A stretch of DNA of 64,000 nt from Calditrichaceae bacterium (GTDB lineage: Bacteria > Calditrichota > Calditrichia > Calditrichales > JBFXGD01), in the NCBI GenBank assembly GCA_050173015.1, contig JBFXLE010000003.1, positions 96,001-160,000 of the forward strand, given 5' to 3'. Below are positions 51,382-63,197 of this stretch, piece after piece. A program made the translations under genes and the position numbers. The notes below the pieces were generated by a model. The model was not told the origin of the DNA. It made no database searches and saw only the letters and a program-made list of their open reading frames with translations. Position 1 is the first letter of the stretch. Each line of letters opens with the position of its first letter.

Positions 51382-51470
51382 TTCTAAATTTTACTTCCTT
51401 TTTGTCATTATTCCTGTTTATTCAAATTGTCAAATTTGAAGGTGGAATATAATAAAATTTCTCCGGTAGA

Positions 51471-52142
51471 TCAAAAACTTCGGACTTGCCCATGATTAAG
51501 ATAGGAATGGATCAAATCCCCCACTTCTAAAAAATTTTCAGCGATATGATGCGCTTCTTTAAGATGAACTTCATTTAAAGTCGTTTTTACTGCGATGACC
51601 GTCATCTCAGCTCTTATGGCTCCACGGATGCCTAATGGCGCGTTTTCTACCACAATGCATTCTTCCGGGCTTAAATTCAGTAATTCCGCGCCCTTCAAAA
51701 AAGGATCAGGAAAGGGTTTTCCATGGTCAACATCATCAACGGATACAAGAATATCAAAATACCCGTTTAAATTTTCCTTCACAATTTTTTCAACCCGACT
51801 CCTTGACCCTCCTGTAACAATGCCCGTCGGAACCTTCAAAGATTTCAGTTTTTTGATCATTTCAATAAAATTATCGTAAAATTCAATGGTCATGATTTTA
51901 TTATAATAATTTACTTTCCATTCCATAATTTCGGAAAGCGCTTTATCATCCATACCATGTTTTTTCCCAAGAATACCGGCTATGGTTTCAATTCCCTGGC
52001 CTTCCAGAACAAAAAATTCATCCGGAGACAGATGAATTCCTTTTTCGGAAAAAGCTTTCTGCCATGCGTCAAAATGCTGTTCCATGCTTTTTACCACAAC
52101 ACCGTCAAAATCGAAAAGTACACCCTTCTTTATCAAAACCAC
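51471..52142 (-). CDS. HAD family phosphatase (beta-PGM-like)
   Basis: LFDFDGVVVKS, IVTGG, GKPFPDPF, VVENAPLGI. Confidence 0.9.
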   Translation of the reverse strand: MVLIKKGVLFDFDGVVVKSMEQHFDAWQKAFSEKGIHLSPDEFFVLEGQGIETIAGILGKKHGMDDKALSEIMEWKVNYYNKIMTIEFYDNFIEMIKKLKSLKVPTGIVTGGSRSRVEKIVKENLNGYFDILVSVDDVDHGKPFPDPFLKGAELLNLSPEECIVVENAPLGIRGAIRAEMTVIAVKTTLNEVHLKEAHHIAENFLEVGDLIHSYLNHGQVRSF

Positions 52143-52319
52143 TCCTTCATTTTATAATGCTAAGCCATTGCATTATTTCTAAATATTTTATCCCAATTTA
52201 CAGCGCGTAAATATCACACGCTATTCCCTAATATAACTCACGAATAGCCAAAAATAAATTTTAGTATCTTTTAATCTGATAATATCTGAAGCCTTTGGGA
52301 GGGGATTCTGATTATTGAA

Positions 52320-53237
52320 TCAATTTTTTCGTTTCTGCCGGTAACGCGCGAACAACTGGCGGTCCAGTTTTTCCATATAGTGTTCCTGTTCAAGAACCAG
52401 ATCCGTTTCTTTTCGTCTGAACAATCGGCCATATTCCGCGACAAAGAGACAACGCATAAAATGACGATAGCGTTCATGTGGATAATATTTAACCTGTAAA
52501 ATACGTTCATTTCGTTCTTTATGTCGCATCACGATAAAAAAGTTCGGTTCATCTCTGAATATAAGTAGATCCTTAAACCATGATTCAAATACGGTCAACC
52601 AGGCGCTGATCTTTTTGTTTTTACGAATAGTAAATAAATCCTGGTAGATTGATTTTATTTGCGGTTCAAAAAAATCATCCTCAGTAAAATTTTCCGCGTT
52701 TAAAAAAAGATTTTGAGTAAGATAAATCATTGCTGAACGCGGATCATTTTTTGAATAATATGCCAGGCCCAGATAGCTTTTTGCCAGCATATCTTCAACA
52801 TTATCGGTGACGGCGCGATTAAGGCGCGGAATCGCTGAATCAGAATCATTGGAGAGATATTCAAATATACCGGATGGGAGTGTGTATTCTTTTTTTGCCT
52901 GTTCCTGAAAACGTTCCTGATAAATTTTCGTGAGCAGTTTTTCCAACAGCGCCAAAGCGGCTTTACCAATACGTTCAGACTGGTATCTTCCCCTTAGTCT
53001 TAACCAGACTTCAAACAAACCGGATAAATCATATATATCTGCGAAGGATTCTTCTTCCAAACTGAATATTATTTCATTGACAAACTTCCGCAGCTCCTCA
53101 TTTTCACCTTTATTTAAATAGAGCCTCCAATTTGTGATGGCTTCATCGATCTCAAAGTTGAGAAACAGCGCTTCCGCTTCCTTTAGAAGATATTCCGGTC
53201 CATCAATAGAAAAAAATTCTGACATAGCTGTTCTCAA
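52320..53237 (-). CDS. Hypothetical alpha-helical/TPR-like protein
   Basis: AIPRLNRAVTDNVEDMLAKSYLGLAYYSKNDPRSA is TPR-like; long ORF overlapping the GGDEF gene stop. Confidence 0.55.
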   Translation of the reverse strand: MRTAMSEFFSIDGPEYLLKEAEALFLNFEIDEAITNWRLYLNKGENEELRKFVNEIIFSLEEESFADIYDLSGLFEVWLRLRGRYQSERIGKAALALLEKLLTKIYQERFQEQAKKEYTLPSGIFEYLSNDSDSAIPRLNRAVTDNVEDMLAKSYLGLAYYSKNDPRSAMIYLTQNLFLNAENFTEDDFFEPQIKSIYQDLFTIRKNKKISAWLTVFESWFKDLLIFRDEPNFFIVMRHKERNERILQVKYYPHERYRHFMRCLFVAEYGRLFRRKETDLVLEQEHYMEKLDRQLFARYRQKRKN

Positions 53238-54202
53238 CGATTAATTACAACAACCCGGTTGCGTCCGGAATTTTTTGCTTTATAAAGCGCTTCATCCACC
53301 TCATCAACCATTTCATCCAGACCTTCATAATCACCGGTTTCCACAACTCCCGCGCTGAAAGTCACCATTATTTCAAATCCATTCGAAGAAATAACCGTCG
53401 ATCGCACTTCATCCAGTATCCGGTCCACAAATTTGCTCATTTCTTTTAGACCGGTATTTGAAGAAATAAGCATAAATTCTTCACCGCCATACCTAAAAGC
53501 ATAATCAGTCTCATGCCTTAGATTTTTATTCAGAATCTCCGCAAATTTTATTAAAACCTCATCACCCGATTGATGGCCATAGGTATCGTTCACCTTCTTA
53601 AAATGATCGATATCCAAAAGAGCCATGGAAAATTCAATTCCACGCTCCGTATATCTCTGCCAGAGTTTTTTTAATATCATGTCACAAGAACGGCGGTTCA
53701 TCAAGTCCGTCAGTGAATCAGTACCCGCTTCCGTGCGGTACTTATTATTATCATCGATCAGATCTTCAGTGAATTTTGTCAATGCCTGTATTTTGTCGTT
53801 GGTGCTGCTTAGCTCCTGAAATCTTCTGTATGCTTTTCTCAAATAAGTTGCTATTTCATATTCATGATAAGGCAGCGTTAAAAAATAATCGATATGAGCT
53901 TTATTGATTGCCTGATGATAGATTTCCGTGTCCACCGAACAACTCATCATAAATCTCTGCACAAGATGATTGGCGCGCATAATGGATTTTAAAAAGTCGA
54001 TACCCTTTTTATCGTCATCACCAATGATGGCTATAGCGATACTGGCATCATTCACCCGAGGATTGTTTCGGATTCTGGCAAAGATATCTGCTTCCAGAAC
54101 TTCTATGCCCCATTCCAAAAGTTTATTTTTTAATTCCTCATAATATTGATTTTCGGTCTTGAAAAGAATAATACATTGAGGCAGTGTTTTTACAAGCGTC
54201 AT
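53234..54202 (-). CDS. Diguanylate cyclase with degenerate receiver domain
   Basis: TDSLTDLMNRR, LLDIDHFKKVNDTYGHQSGD, FRYGGEEF, TFSAGV, DEALYKAKNSGRNRV. Confidence 0.9.
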   Translation of the reverse strand: MTLVKTLPQCIILFKTENQYYEELKNKLLEWGIEVLEADIFARIRNNPRVNDASIAIAIIGDDDKKGIDFLKSIMRANHLVQRFMMSCSVDTEIYHQAINKAHIDYFLTLPYHEYEIATYLRKAYRRFQELSSTNDKIQALTKFTEDLIDDNNKYRTEAGTDSLTDLMNRRSCDMILKKLWQRYTERGIEFSMALLDIDHFKKVNDTYGHQSGDEVLIKFAEILNKNLRHETDYAFRYGGEEFMLISSNTGLKEMSKFVDRILDEVRSTVISSNGFEIMVTFSAGVVETGDYEGLDEMVDEVDEALYKAKNSGRNRVVVINR

Positions 54203-54262
54203 TCTATTCTCTCAGGAATAAGATTTTATAAAAATTCTAAATCAGCCAAACGACAAGGAATG

Positions 54263-55891
<1,629 letters not shown>

Positions 55892-56638
55892 TTATTGTTT
55901 TTTCATTATCAATTTATTAACCCGCAGAAGATCTTCCGGAGTATCTACACTATGGGATTCATATTCTGTTTCTACCGTAAAAATTCTGTAACCGTTCTCA
56001 AGAACGCGAAGTTGTTCCAGACGTTCCGCTTTTTCCAAAGGACTTTCCCGCAACCCTGTAATTATTTTCAGAAATTCTTTCCGGTACGCATAGATACCGA
56101 TATGTTTATAATATTCATGACCGGCAAGCCAGTTTTCCTGCTTTTTTTCATCTCTGAGAAAAGGTATTACCGAACGAGTAAAATAAAGGGCGAAATGATG
56201 CTTATCCCTTACCACTCTCACTAAATTTGGATTAATCAGTTCATCGTTAGAAAGTATTTTCTTTATTGGTGTAGCCATCCTAATCTGATTATCATTGAAA
56301 ACATCCACCATTTTATCCAGCAGAACCGGTGAAATAAACGGCTCATCCCCCTGAAGGTTAATAATTACATCCACATTTTCCGTCTCGGTAGCAGCGGCAA
56401 CACGATCCGTACCCGATGGCAGGCCGGGATCTGTTAACACAGCTACTCCGCCGAATTTTTCGACAACAGATATAATATCAGGATGATCAGTGGCTACGAT
56501 CACACGGTCAATTTTTTTCGCCGCTGAAGCCCTTTCATAAACCCATTGGATCATTGGTTTTCCACCGATCAAAGCAAGAGGCTTCCCCGGGAGTCTGTTT
56601 GACGCGAATCGCGCGGGTATGACACAAATAGTTTTCAC
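55892..56638 (-). CDS. kdsB: 3-deoxy-manno-octulosonate cytidylyltransferase
   Basis: IPARFASNRLPGKPL, SGTDR, NLQGDEP, KHIGIYAYR, LEQLRVLENG, VDTPEDL. Confidence 0.96.
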   Translation of the reverse strand: MKTICVIPARFASNRLPGKPLALIGGKPMIQWVYERASAAKKIDRVIVATDHPDIISVVEKFGGVAVLTDPGLPSGTDRVAAATETENVDVIINLQGDEPFISPVLLDKMVDVFNDNQIRMATPIKKILSNDELINPNLVRVVRDKHHFALYFTRSVIPFLRDEKKQENWLAGHEYYKHIGIYAYRKEFLKIITGLRESPLEKAERLEQLRVLENGYRIFTVETEYESHSVDTPEDLLRVNKLIMKKQ

Positions 56639-56925
56639 TTACTCACTACTTTCGGTACTCTGAAAAATTTATCTGTTTTGGCTGGTGCATTTTCCAGGGC
56701 TTTATCCTGCGACAGGGATTTTCCCAAAACATCTTCACGAAATACATTTGTAATATCCTGGCTGTGTGAAAGCGGTTCCACATTTTCAGTGTCCAGTTCA
56801 TCCAATTTTTCCACATAATCCAAAATCTGATTTATTTGTCCCGTGAACTTTTGTTTTTCATCTTCCGTTAAAGTCAGTCTTGCAAGATGAGCAATCTTTT
56901 CAACTTCCTGTGACGATACCGACAC
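56635..56925 (-). CDS. gatC: Asp/Glu-tRNA amidotransferase subunit C
   Basis: VEKIAHLARL, ILDYVEKLDELDTENVEPL, NVFREDV, FFRVPKV. Confidence 0.95.
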   Translation of the reverse strand: MSVSSQEVEKIAHLARLTLTEDEKQKFTGQINQILDYVEKLDELDTENVEPLSHSQDITNVFREDVLGKSLSQDKALENAPAKTDKFFRVPKVVSK

Positions 56926-56933
56926 ATTGCCTC

Positions 56934-57368
56934 CTAATACTCTATTTTATATAATAAATTTAAACTGTTTTTTGTCCCTTTAAAGATTTTGGCGCTCTCG
57001 CCTTTTAAAAACAACCCCCTTGTGAGACGGTACTCCATACTGAGACTGTAATCATCTCTATTCATGGACAAAGATCGTTGAAAATTGAGATAAAGCCTGT
57101 CATCAAGATCTTTCCTTTTTAGAGAGACGTTTTTCTCCTTTACAGAAAAAACACCAAGCTTTTTCACAAATATCCTGACCCCGTCAAGATGATACTTTTG
57201 AAGCAATGAATCTATCTGAACGTCCTTTAAGATCCCTCGCGACTTTCTTGCCGATGTATCCTGAGCATTCCCCTCAACAGCGATACTAAGAAAAATCACC
57301 AACACGCATATTATTTTAAAAAGCCTGACCAAAGCCAAAGTGTAATCTCCCGGGGCTGTTTTGATCAA
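56934..57368 (-). CDS. Small secreted protein resembling only the C-terminal beta-strands of TamB (DUF490)
   Basis: Signal-like IICVLVIFLSIAVEGNA; C-terminus DDRLYLNFQRSL..YSLSMEYRLTRGLFLKGE..NSLNLLYKIEY. True start probably TTG ~57338. Confidence 0.5.
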   Translation of the reverse strand: MIKTAPGDYTLALVRLFKIICVLVIFLSIAVEGNAQDTSARKSRGILKDVQIDSLLQKYHLDGVRIFVKKLGVFSVKEKNVSLKRKDLDDRLYLNFQRSLSMNRDDYSLSMEYRLTRGLFLKGESAKIFKGTKNSLNLLYKIEY

Positions 57369-58899
57369 AATCGGTTATTCTGACTCCGTAATCCAAACGA
57401 AATAATCCAAATCGTGAATGAACTCTCAACCCTAACCCCGTTGTATATTTTAAAGTATTTAATTTAATCATTTCTTCAGCAAGCCACAAATTTCCTGTAT
57501 CCATAAATAGCACAATATTTGTATTATAACTCAGATAATACCGCATTTCAATATTATCCACAAATGAGTAATATCCACCCTGCGCCGAACCGTCATCGTT
57601 CTTGGGTCCTACCGAGCTTTCCGAGTACCCTCTGAGACTTGTGGAACCTCCAAGGTACAATCGCATGTAGGATGGAAGCTCCTCCTGATTCCCGTAAAAG
57701 AACTGTCCGCTCACGGAGATTCTATTCGCCAGAACAAATTGACTGCCAATTAATAAATAACAACTTTGTTTTAAATCCACCTGACCATAGGTATTATCTC
57801 CCCCGAATACGGTGAAGGCATTTTTAAAACGGATTTCAAGATTCTGACCTTCGTATGGATCTAAATAATTATCACGGCTGTCATATGTATAAATTATATC
57901 GAGGCCCCGGTTTTCTTCCCTTCCGATATAATCTCTGAAAGTTTTATCATTTTCATCAAATTCAACCTCAAACAGGTTGTTTTTTTCAAATACTATATTA
58001 TATGAGATTTGACTTAGATCATTTATGAGATGGTGGAATCCAATGATCGATCTATATCTCTCGAATCCAAAATTAACTCCCTTTGGCCTGTCAGTGAGGT
58101 AAGAAATTGACCAGTCAAATCTGAGTTTGTAGGAATATAAAGCCGGATCGACGTATTTTCCGGTTATTTCCCCCTTTTTAAAATAAAGCCCGCCGGCATA
58201 ATCAAGGGCATGCAGCGCGGAAAAATTAAGCTGCTTTCCATAACCGTCAAAATTGCGATTCCCCCAACCGATAAAATTACGCCACCCGTCTTCCGTATCT
58301 ATTCCCGTACCCAGGTCAGTGTAAAATTTCTTTCTTTCTTTTACCGATACCTTCACGGATATGACCTGCTGTTCATGGTCATATCGATCAACTAAAACTT
58401 CAACATCATCAAAAAGGCCGTTTTTCATGAGCGCTACCTGGCTCGATAGAATTGATTTTTTTGTAAATGGACTGCCACTTTTAAATTTTAACCGGCCAAA
58501 AATGAATTCTTTGTTTACATGCTTATTGCCTTCAACGGTGATATTGCCAAATCTGAACAATTCACCTTTATCGATACTAAATACTACTCTCAAAGGGCTC
58601 TTATCTCCGGTTTTTATCAATTCGTATTCACAAATTGTTTCCAGAAAGCCTTCATCTTCATAGTATTCTTCTATTCTTCGGCAGTCTTCAATTAGAACTT
58701 CTTCTTTTAAATTGTCGCTAAACCTGCTTTTCAGAAGCGGGATAAGTTCTATCCGGTTAACATTTTCATCCCCGGCGAATAAGATCATTTTTTGACCATT
58801 CGATTCCTGAGCAATAAGTAATTTGAAGGAAAATACAATGACCAGGATGCAAAGCAGTGATTGCCTATTTACCATTGGTTTTTGGGATAATAGTGACAT
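57316..58899 (-). CDS. Omp85 family (TamA/BamA-like) outer-membrane protein
   Basis: POTRA-like segments (YYEDEGFL..; FGNITVEGN..LKFKSGSPF), RNFDGYG, YDSRDNYLDP, LGGSTSLRGY, FMDTGNLW, RLDYG, C-terminal FGFGQAF. Confidence 0.9.
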   Translation of the reverse strand: MSLLSQKPMVNRQSLLCILVIVFSFKLLIAQESNGQKMILFAGDENVNRIELIPLLKSRFSDNLKEEVLIEDCRRIEEYYEDEGFLETICEYELIKTGDKSPLRVVFSIDKGELFRFGNITVEGNKHVNKEFIFGRLKFKSGSPFTKKSILSSQVALMKNGLFDDVEVLVDRYDHEQQVISVKVSVKERKKFYTDLGTGIDTEDGWRNFIGWGNRNFDGYGKQLNFSALHALDYAGGLYFKKGEITGKYVDPALYSYKLRFDWSISYLTDRPKGVNFGFERYRSIIGFHHLINDLSQISYNIVFEKNNLFEVEFDENDKTFRDYIGREENRGLDIIYTYDSRDNYLDPYEGQNLEIRFKNAFTVFGGDNTYGQVDLKQSCYLLIGSQFVLANRISVSGQFFYGNQEELPSYMRLYLGGSTSLRGYSESSVGPKNDDGSAQGGYYSFVDNIEMRYYLSYNTNIVLFMDTGNLWLAEEMIKLNTLKYTTGLGLRVHSRFGLFRLDYGVRITDFDQNSPGRLHFGFGQAF

Positions 58900-58910
58900 C
58901 GATTTATCAT

Positions 58911-59912
58911 CTAAAATATTGATTGATTAAAAACTGATGAATATTCTTTAACCTGCTTGATGACATCATCCGCGTCCTGTCCTTCCAGAAAGTATGGCTG
59001 CCAGAGCCGAATTCCTATCGGCATAATCTGGGCGTGGTACTTTCCTTTTTTTGCAGGACTTATTAAAACTTTTAATACGGCTGATGTTTCGAAGGTTCGC
59101 GAATTGCCGCCAAAAATAAAATTCCCGAGAGAGTAAGCGATTACTTTTCCCTTGTACAATTCCACGCCCTGAAGCACGTGCGGATGATGACCGACAATCA
59201 GATCCGCGCCATAGTCAATGGATTTTCTCGCATAATATTTCTCACTTTCTTCGGGGTAATTCGCTTTTTCCAACCCCCAGTGAAAGTTGATGATAATATA
59301 ATCCACCTGATCCCTGATCTTTGCTATATCCTCTTTAATGTAAGCCAGATTACGCATAGCGGTCCCTGCATTTGTTTCTGTAGCGGGATGCGAATCACTA
59401 TGTGGTCCGGTACCGTAATAGGCGAGATAAGCCAGTTTTAATCCCCGAATATCAAATATAACCGGCTGTCTCGCTTCGGCGAGATTTCTACCCGCGCCAA
59501 CATGTTTTATCCCGACCGAATCCAATAATCCGATTGTATCAAAAATACCCGTATCCCCGTAATCGTACATATGATTATTGGCCAATGTAACAATATCAAC
59601 ACCTGATTCTTTTAACATTCCGGCATATTTAGGTAAAGCGCGGAATGTAAACTGCTTTTCAACCGGGTTGCCTCTAACCGTAAACGGACTCTCAAGATTG
59701 ATCATAAAAATATCAGCTTCACTCAAAGCCGTCAATTTGTTAAAAGGATAATCAAGCCTGTCGCCAACATGCTGCTCAAAATGATTTACAAGAGATACAT
59801 CACCTGTAAAATATAACACAATTTCACTGCTGTCAGTCTCATTTACCTGTGAAAAGACCGGGTTAAATAGAATACAAAGAACAGACATTGCCCAAAAAAG
59901 AAAATTCAACAT
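58911..59912 (-). CDS. CapA/PgsA family metallophosphoesterase
   Basis: FTGDV, INLESP, TLANNHMYDYG, FHWGLE, IVGHHPHVLQGVE, YSLGNFIF. Confidence 0.9.
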   Translation of the reverse strand: MLNFLFWAMSVLCILFNPVFSQVNETDSSEIVLYFTGDVSLVNHFEQHVGDRLDYPFNKLTALSEADIFMINLESPFTVRGNPVEKQFTFRALPKYAGMLKESGVDIVTLANNHMYDYGDTGIFDTIGLLDSVGIKHVGAGRNLAEARQPVIFDIRGLKLAYLAYYGTGPHSDSHPATETNAGTAMRNLAYIKEDIAKIRDQVDYIIINFHWGLEKANYPEESEKYYARKSIDYGADLIVGHHPHVLQGVELYKGKVIAYSLGNFIFGGNSRTFETSAVLKVLISPAKKGKYHAQIMPIGIRLWQPYFLEGQDADDVIKQVKEYSSVFNQSIF

Positions 59913-60265
59913 ATATATCTCCGGTACATTTTAAAGACACTCCCTTTTTCAAAATTCCAGATACGATACCACTATCGGCCTGCTGAATCAATAAATCGAT
60001 TTCTTCATTTAAATTATTTCAGCTGTAGTTTCTTATTGTATTTCATTTAATATGAGAAAAAACAATCAATACATCTGATTATTTCTCTCGATTCACCCGT
60101 AAAACTTTTTTTTAATTCACATTGGTAAATATAATTGAAAAATTAACTTTATTTGCATAAAGAAATAAATTTATCAGCATTTATAACCGGGTTATATGAC
60201 CTTTTGGAGGAAAAGTTCTAACAAGTTGAAAAATAATATCTAATTAAACAAAGGCAGATCGTCGC

Positions 60266-60478
60266 TTAGACATCTTCAAGAAGGTATCCGGCTGATGCAA
60301 CAGCCTCTTTGGCGGCTTCAACATTAAATACAAGCTCATCAGCCTCAAGATAGGCCATTCCGTCATCCAGATCGACATCCGCTCTAATTATGCCTTTTAC
60401 TCCTCTAAGCGCATCCGATACGGTTTTAACACAGTGATGACAAGTCATGCCTTTTACTTTAAAATTTATCTCTTTCAT
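60266..60478 (-). CDS. copZ: Heavy-metal-associated (CopZ-like) chaperone
   Basis: VKGMTCHHCV, AVASAGY; 70 aa. Confidence 0.85.
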   Translation of the reverse strand: MKEINFKVKGMTCHHCVKTVSDALRGVKGIIRADVDLDDGMAYLEADELVFNVEAAKEAVASAGYLLEDV

Positions 60479-60496
60479 ACGCTTTATCCTTATAAC

Positions 60497-60526
60497 AAAA
60501 AAACCGCCTGAAGGGCGGTTTTTTTT
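60497..60526. terminator. Rho-independent terminator after M23 peptidase gene (bidirectional form)
   Basis: A-run, AACCGCC-loop-GGCGGTT stem, T-run. Confidence 0.75.
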
Positions 60527-60530
60527 AAGA

Positions 60531-61481
60531 TTAATTTATCTCTTTTTTGACAACTCTTTCATTCAAAATCATATCATCAAAGTAATACGTCATCGGGTTA
60601 AGATGTTTTCCGTTATGCCTTACTTCATAATGGAGATGCGGCGCGGTTGAAATTCCGGTATTGCCCACTTCACCAATTTTATCTCCCCGTTTTACCTTCT
60701 GTCCTGATCGCACTACTATTTTATTTAAATGCCCATAGCCCGTTTCGAATCCGTAATGATGATCAATCATCACCATATTCCCATAACCGCCATTCATTCC
60801 CGCGAACCGTATGACACCGTCCGCTGAAGCATAAACCGGTGTACCCTTTGGAGCGGAGAAATCAAGTCCGTCGTGATGACGGTAAACCCGGTTAATCGGG
60901 TGAAGACGCATACCGAATTTACTTGAGATAACCGAATGCAAAACCGGTTTGAGTGAAGGCATAAATTGAAGTGAGTCCTGCTTTTTCTGGAACGTACTCA
61001 TTAATTCTCTATAACTATCCAATTCAAGCTGAACACCTCTCTCCAGTTTTGCCAGCTCTGCAAATTGGGTGCTTAGTTCAACATTTTCATCGAAACCGGA
61101 TATTTCATCACCAAAATCATAATCAAAATTGGAACCACCTATACCAACGTTTCTGATATCGGCATTAATTTCATCAAGTCCTATAACGATTCTAAGTTCA
61201 TCATCATTTTTGACGATTTGATCCATTGTATTATTTATTTTACCAATTTTATCTTTCATTTCCCCTAATCGCGCTTGCAACACGGCATTAGTGCGTTCTA
61301 ACCGGTTGATTCTGGAGTTATGACTAAAATCTATTAAGAAGTCTAATCCAAACTTTCCGGCAACAACGAAGGTAACTAAAAAGATAGAAATGTAAACTGT
61401 AAGCTTCAGACGAGATATTTTGATTTCTTTTACTTTTGCTTGATCTCGCGATACAAAAATCAGACGCGATTCATCTCTCAT
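60531..61481 (-). CDS. M23 family peptidoglycan endopeptidase with N-terminal TM and coiled coil
   Basis: ISSKFGMRLHP, HHDGLDF, YGHL, GNTGISTAPHLHYEV. Confidence 0.93.
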   Translation of the reverse strand: MRDESRLIFVSRDQAKVKEIKISRLKLTVYISIFLVTFVVAGKFGLDFLIDFSHNSRINRLERTNAVLQARLGEMKDKIGKINNTMDQIVKNDDELRIVIGLDEINADIRNVGIGGSNFDYDFGDEISGFDENVELSTQFAELAKLERGVQLELDSYRELMSTFQKKQDSLQFMPSLKPVLHSVISSKFGMRLHPINRVYRHHDGLDFSAPKGTPVYASADGVIRFAGMNGGYGNMVMIDHHYGFETGYGHLNKIVVRSGQKVKRGDKIGEVGNTGISTAPHLHYEVRHNGKHLNPMTYYFDDMILNERVVKKEIN

Positions 61482-61572
61482 ACACCTATTGCCCCTAGGA
61501 GAATATTATATCAATAGTTTAACTACATTTATCACTATCGACCAAGTAACCGTGTTTTAAAGTTAAAAATAT

Positions 61573-61603
61573 AAAAAAAAAACTCCGCAATCAAGCGGAG
61601 TTT
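61573..61603 (-). terminator. Rho-independent terminator after sigma factor gene
   Basis: AAACTCCGC-n6-GCGGAGTTT stem followed by a long T-run on the minus strand. Confidence 0.78.
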
Positions 61604-61630
61604 AATAAATCTTGTTATTTTTATCGCAAA

Positions 61631-62476
61631 TTAACCCAGATAATACCTTAATACCTTACTGCGGGAGCTATGTCTAAGCCTTCTAAGAGCTTTTTCCTTA
61701 ATCTGGCGGACTCTTTCACGGGTTAACTTAAATTTTACACCTATTTCTTCCAGTGTGTGTGGTTTTTCACCATCCAAACCAAAATATAGTTTTAAAATTT
61801 TAGCTTCCCTCGCGCTAAGTGTCGAAAGAATATAATTGACTTCTTCTTTCAGTGATTCGCCCATAACCTCCGAATCGGGTTCCGGATCCTGCTGATTTTG
61901 AATAATATCTATCAGCCGGCTGTCGCTGTTTTTCTGTAATGGTGAATCCATTGATACCGATCGTGTAGCCATCTTTATCGTATCTGTGATATCCCCGCTG
62001 TCAACTTCCAGAACATTGGCAATCTCTTCCGGGGTGGGTTCTCTTTCATATTCCTGCTCCAACATGCTGTAAACTTTACCGATTTTCGTGAGCGTTCCCA
62101 CCCTGTTTAATGGGAGACGCACCAGACGCGATTGTTCAGCAATCGCCTGGAGTATCGATTGTTTAATCCACCATACCGCATAAGAAATAAATTTGAACCC
62201 TCTCGTCTCATCAAAACGGTAAGCGGCCTTCATCAACCCCAGATTACCTTCATTGATTAGATCTTCCAGAGATAAACCGTAATTTTGGTAGGACTTGGCG
62301 ACGCTTACTACAAATCTCAGATTCGCGCTTACTAATCTCTTCAAAGCGCGTTGATCGTTTTGTTTAATTCTCTGCGCGAGATCAATTTCCTCTTCGGGGG
62401 TCAGCAATTGAACTCCACCGATCTCTCTTAAATAGTTTTCCAGAGATTGATTCTTACTTATGAAAAAGTCGCTCAC
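61631..62476 (-). CDS. RNA polymerase sigma-70 factor, RpoD/SigA type lacking region 1.1 (FCB type)
   Basis: [64 protein letters not shown]. Confidence 0.95.
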   Translation of the reverse strand: MSDFFISKNQSLENYLREIGGVQLLTPEEEIDLAQRIKQNDQRALKRLVSANLRFVVSVAKSYQNYGLSLEDLINEGNLGLMKAAYRFDETRGFKFISYAVWWIKQSILQAIAEQSRLVRLPLNRVGTLTKIGKVYSMLEQEYEREPTPEEIANVLEVDSGDITDTIKMATRSVSMDSPLQKNSDSRLIDIIQNQQDPEPDSEVMGESLKEEVNYILSTLSAREAKILKLYFGLDGEKPHTLEEIGVKFKLTRERVRQIKEKALRRLRHSSRSKVLRYYLG

Positions 62477-62611
62477 CTAAATTACTCCAATATTTTAAAT
62501 TCGTTTTTATATAATTCTGATATATTTTGTTAATTTAAAAAAACTTATACGTTCGCCTAATACTAATTAAATTACGCAGATATTGCAAACGTAATTTATT
62601 CAGTCATTATT

Positions 62612-62932
62612 TCAATCACTCTTCTTGTTAACATTCGTTTTTTTAATGTTTTTTAGTTGATCCTGATACTTCTTTAAATCTAATTCCAGCACCCTAATCT
62701 CCTCTATGAGTCTGCTCATTTCTTCATCAGGAGCGGCGGTGGGGTTGTTTTCCTCAACCACTTTATGGTAAAGTCTTCCCCCCAATTCAATCAATTTCTC
62801 TTCGATCTCTTTCCGGATTCCAAGTATATCAATCTTTACTCTTCCGATTCGAGTATACTCGGCAGTCAGATCACTGGCTGATTGAAATCCTTCAATCAGT
62901 CCTTTTTTCAAATTTTCCCATAAACTTATCAT
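62612..62932 (-). CDS. Hypothetical helical protein
   Basis: 106-aa coiled-coil-like ORF, ATGA overlap with the upstream EutN gene. Confidence 0.6.
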   Translation of the reverse strand: MISLWENLKKGLIEGFQSASDLTAEYTRIGRVKIDILGIRKEIEEKLIELGGRLYHKVVEENNPTAAPDEEMSRLIEEIRVLELDLKKYQDQLKNIKKTNVNKKSD

Positions 62933-63195
62933 TCTAGTTCTATCTTATCAACAATTCCGACTATAGAGGCATCCGACAATGCCGGTTTTTTTCTTAACGG
63001 AATTACCGCTTCGTAGGCGGTGATGAAATAAACAGTTTCCCCTACTCCGGCGCCAACTGTATCAACCGCGATGATCGGGCTTCCTGTATCCTGCCTATAA
63101 ATATCTATCGGCTGAATTATTTGCAACTTCAGCCCTTCAAGATTTTTATCTTTCTGAGTGGCCCAGATTGTACCAATTATACGCGCTAATTCCAT
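62929..63195 (-). CDS. Bacterial microcompartment vertex protein (BMC-P, EutN/CcmL family)
   Basis: MELARIIGTIWATQKD..L.GLKL, IAVDTVGAGVGE, DASIVGIVD. Confidence 0.93.
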   Translation of the reverse strand: MELARIIGTIWATQKDKNLEGLKLQIIQPIDIYRQDTGSPIIAVDTVGAGVGETVYFITAYEAVIPLRKKPALSDASIVGIVDKIELE

Positions 63196-63197
63196 AA

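Noticed and set aside
49267-51470. queDEFC as a 7-deazaguanine DNA-modification (dpd) island, or with a preQ1 riboswitch
   Set aside because: No dpdA/tgt-like, helicase or nuclease genes nearby, QueF is present (tRNA queuosine route), and no preQ1 motif is seen in the short leader. It looks like ordinary housekeeping.
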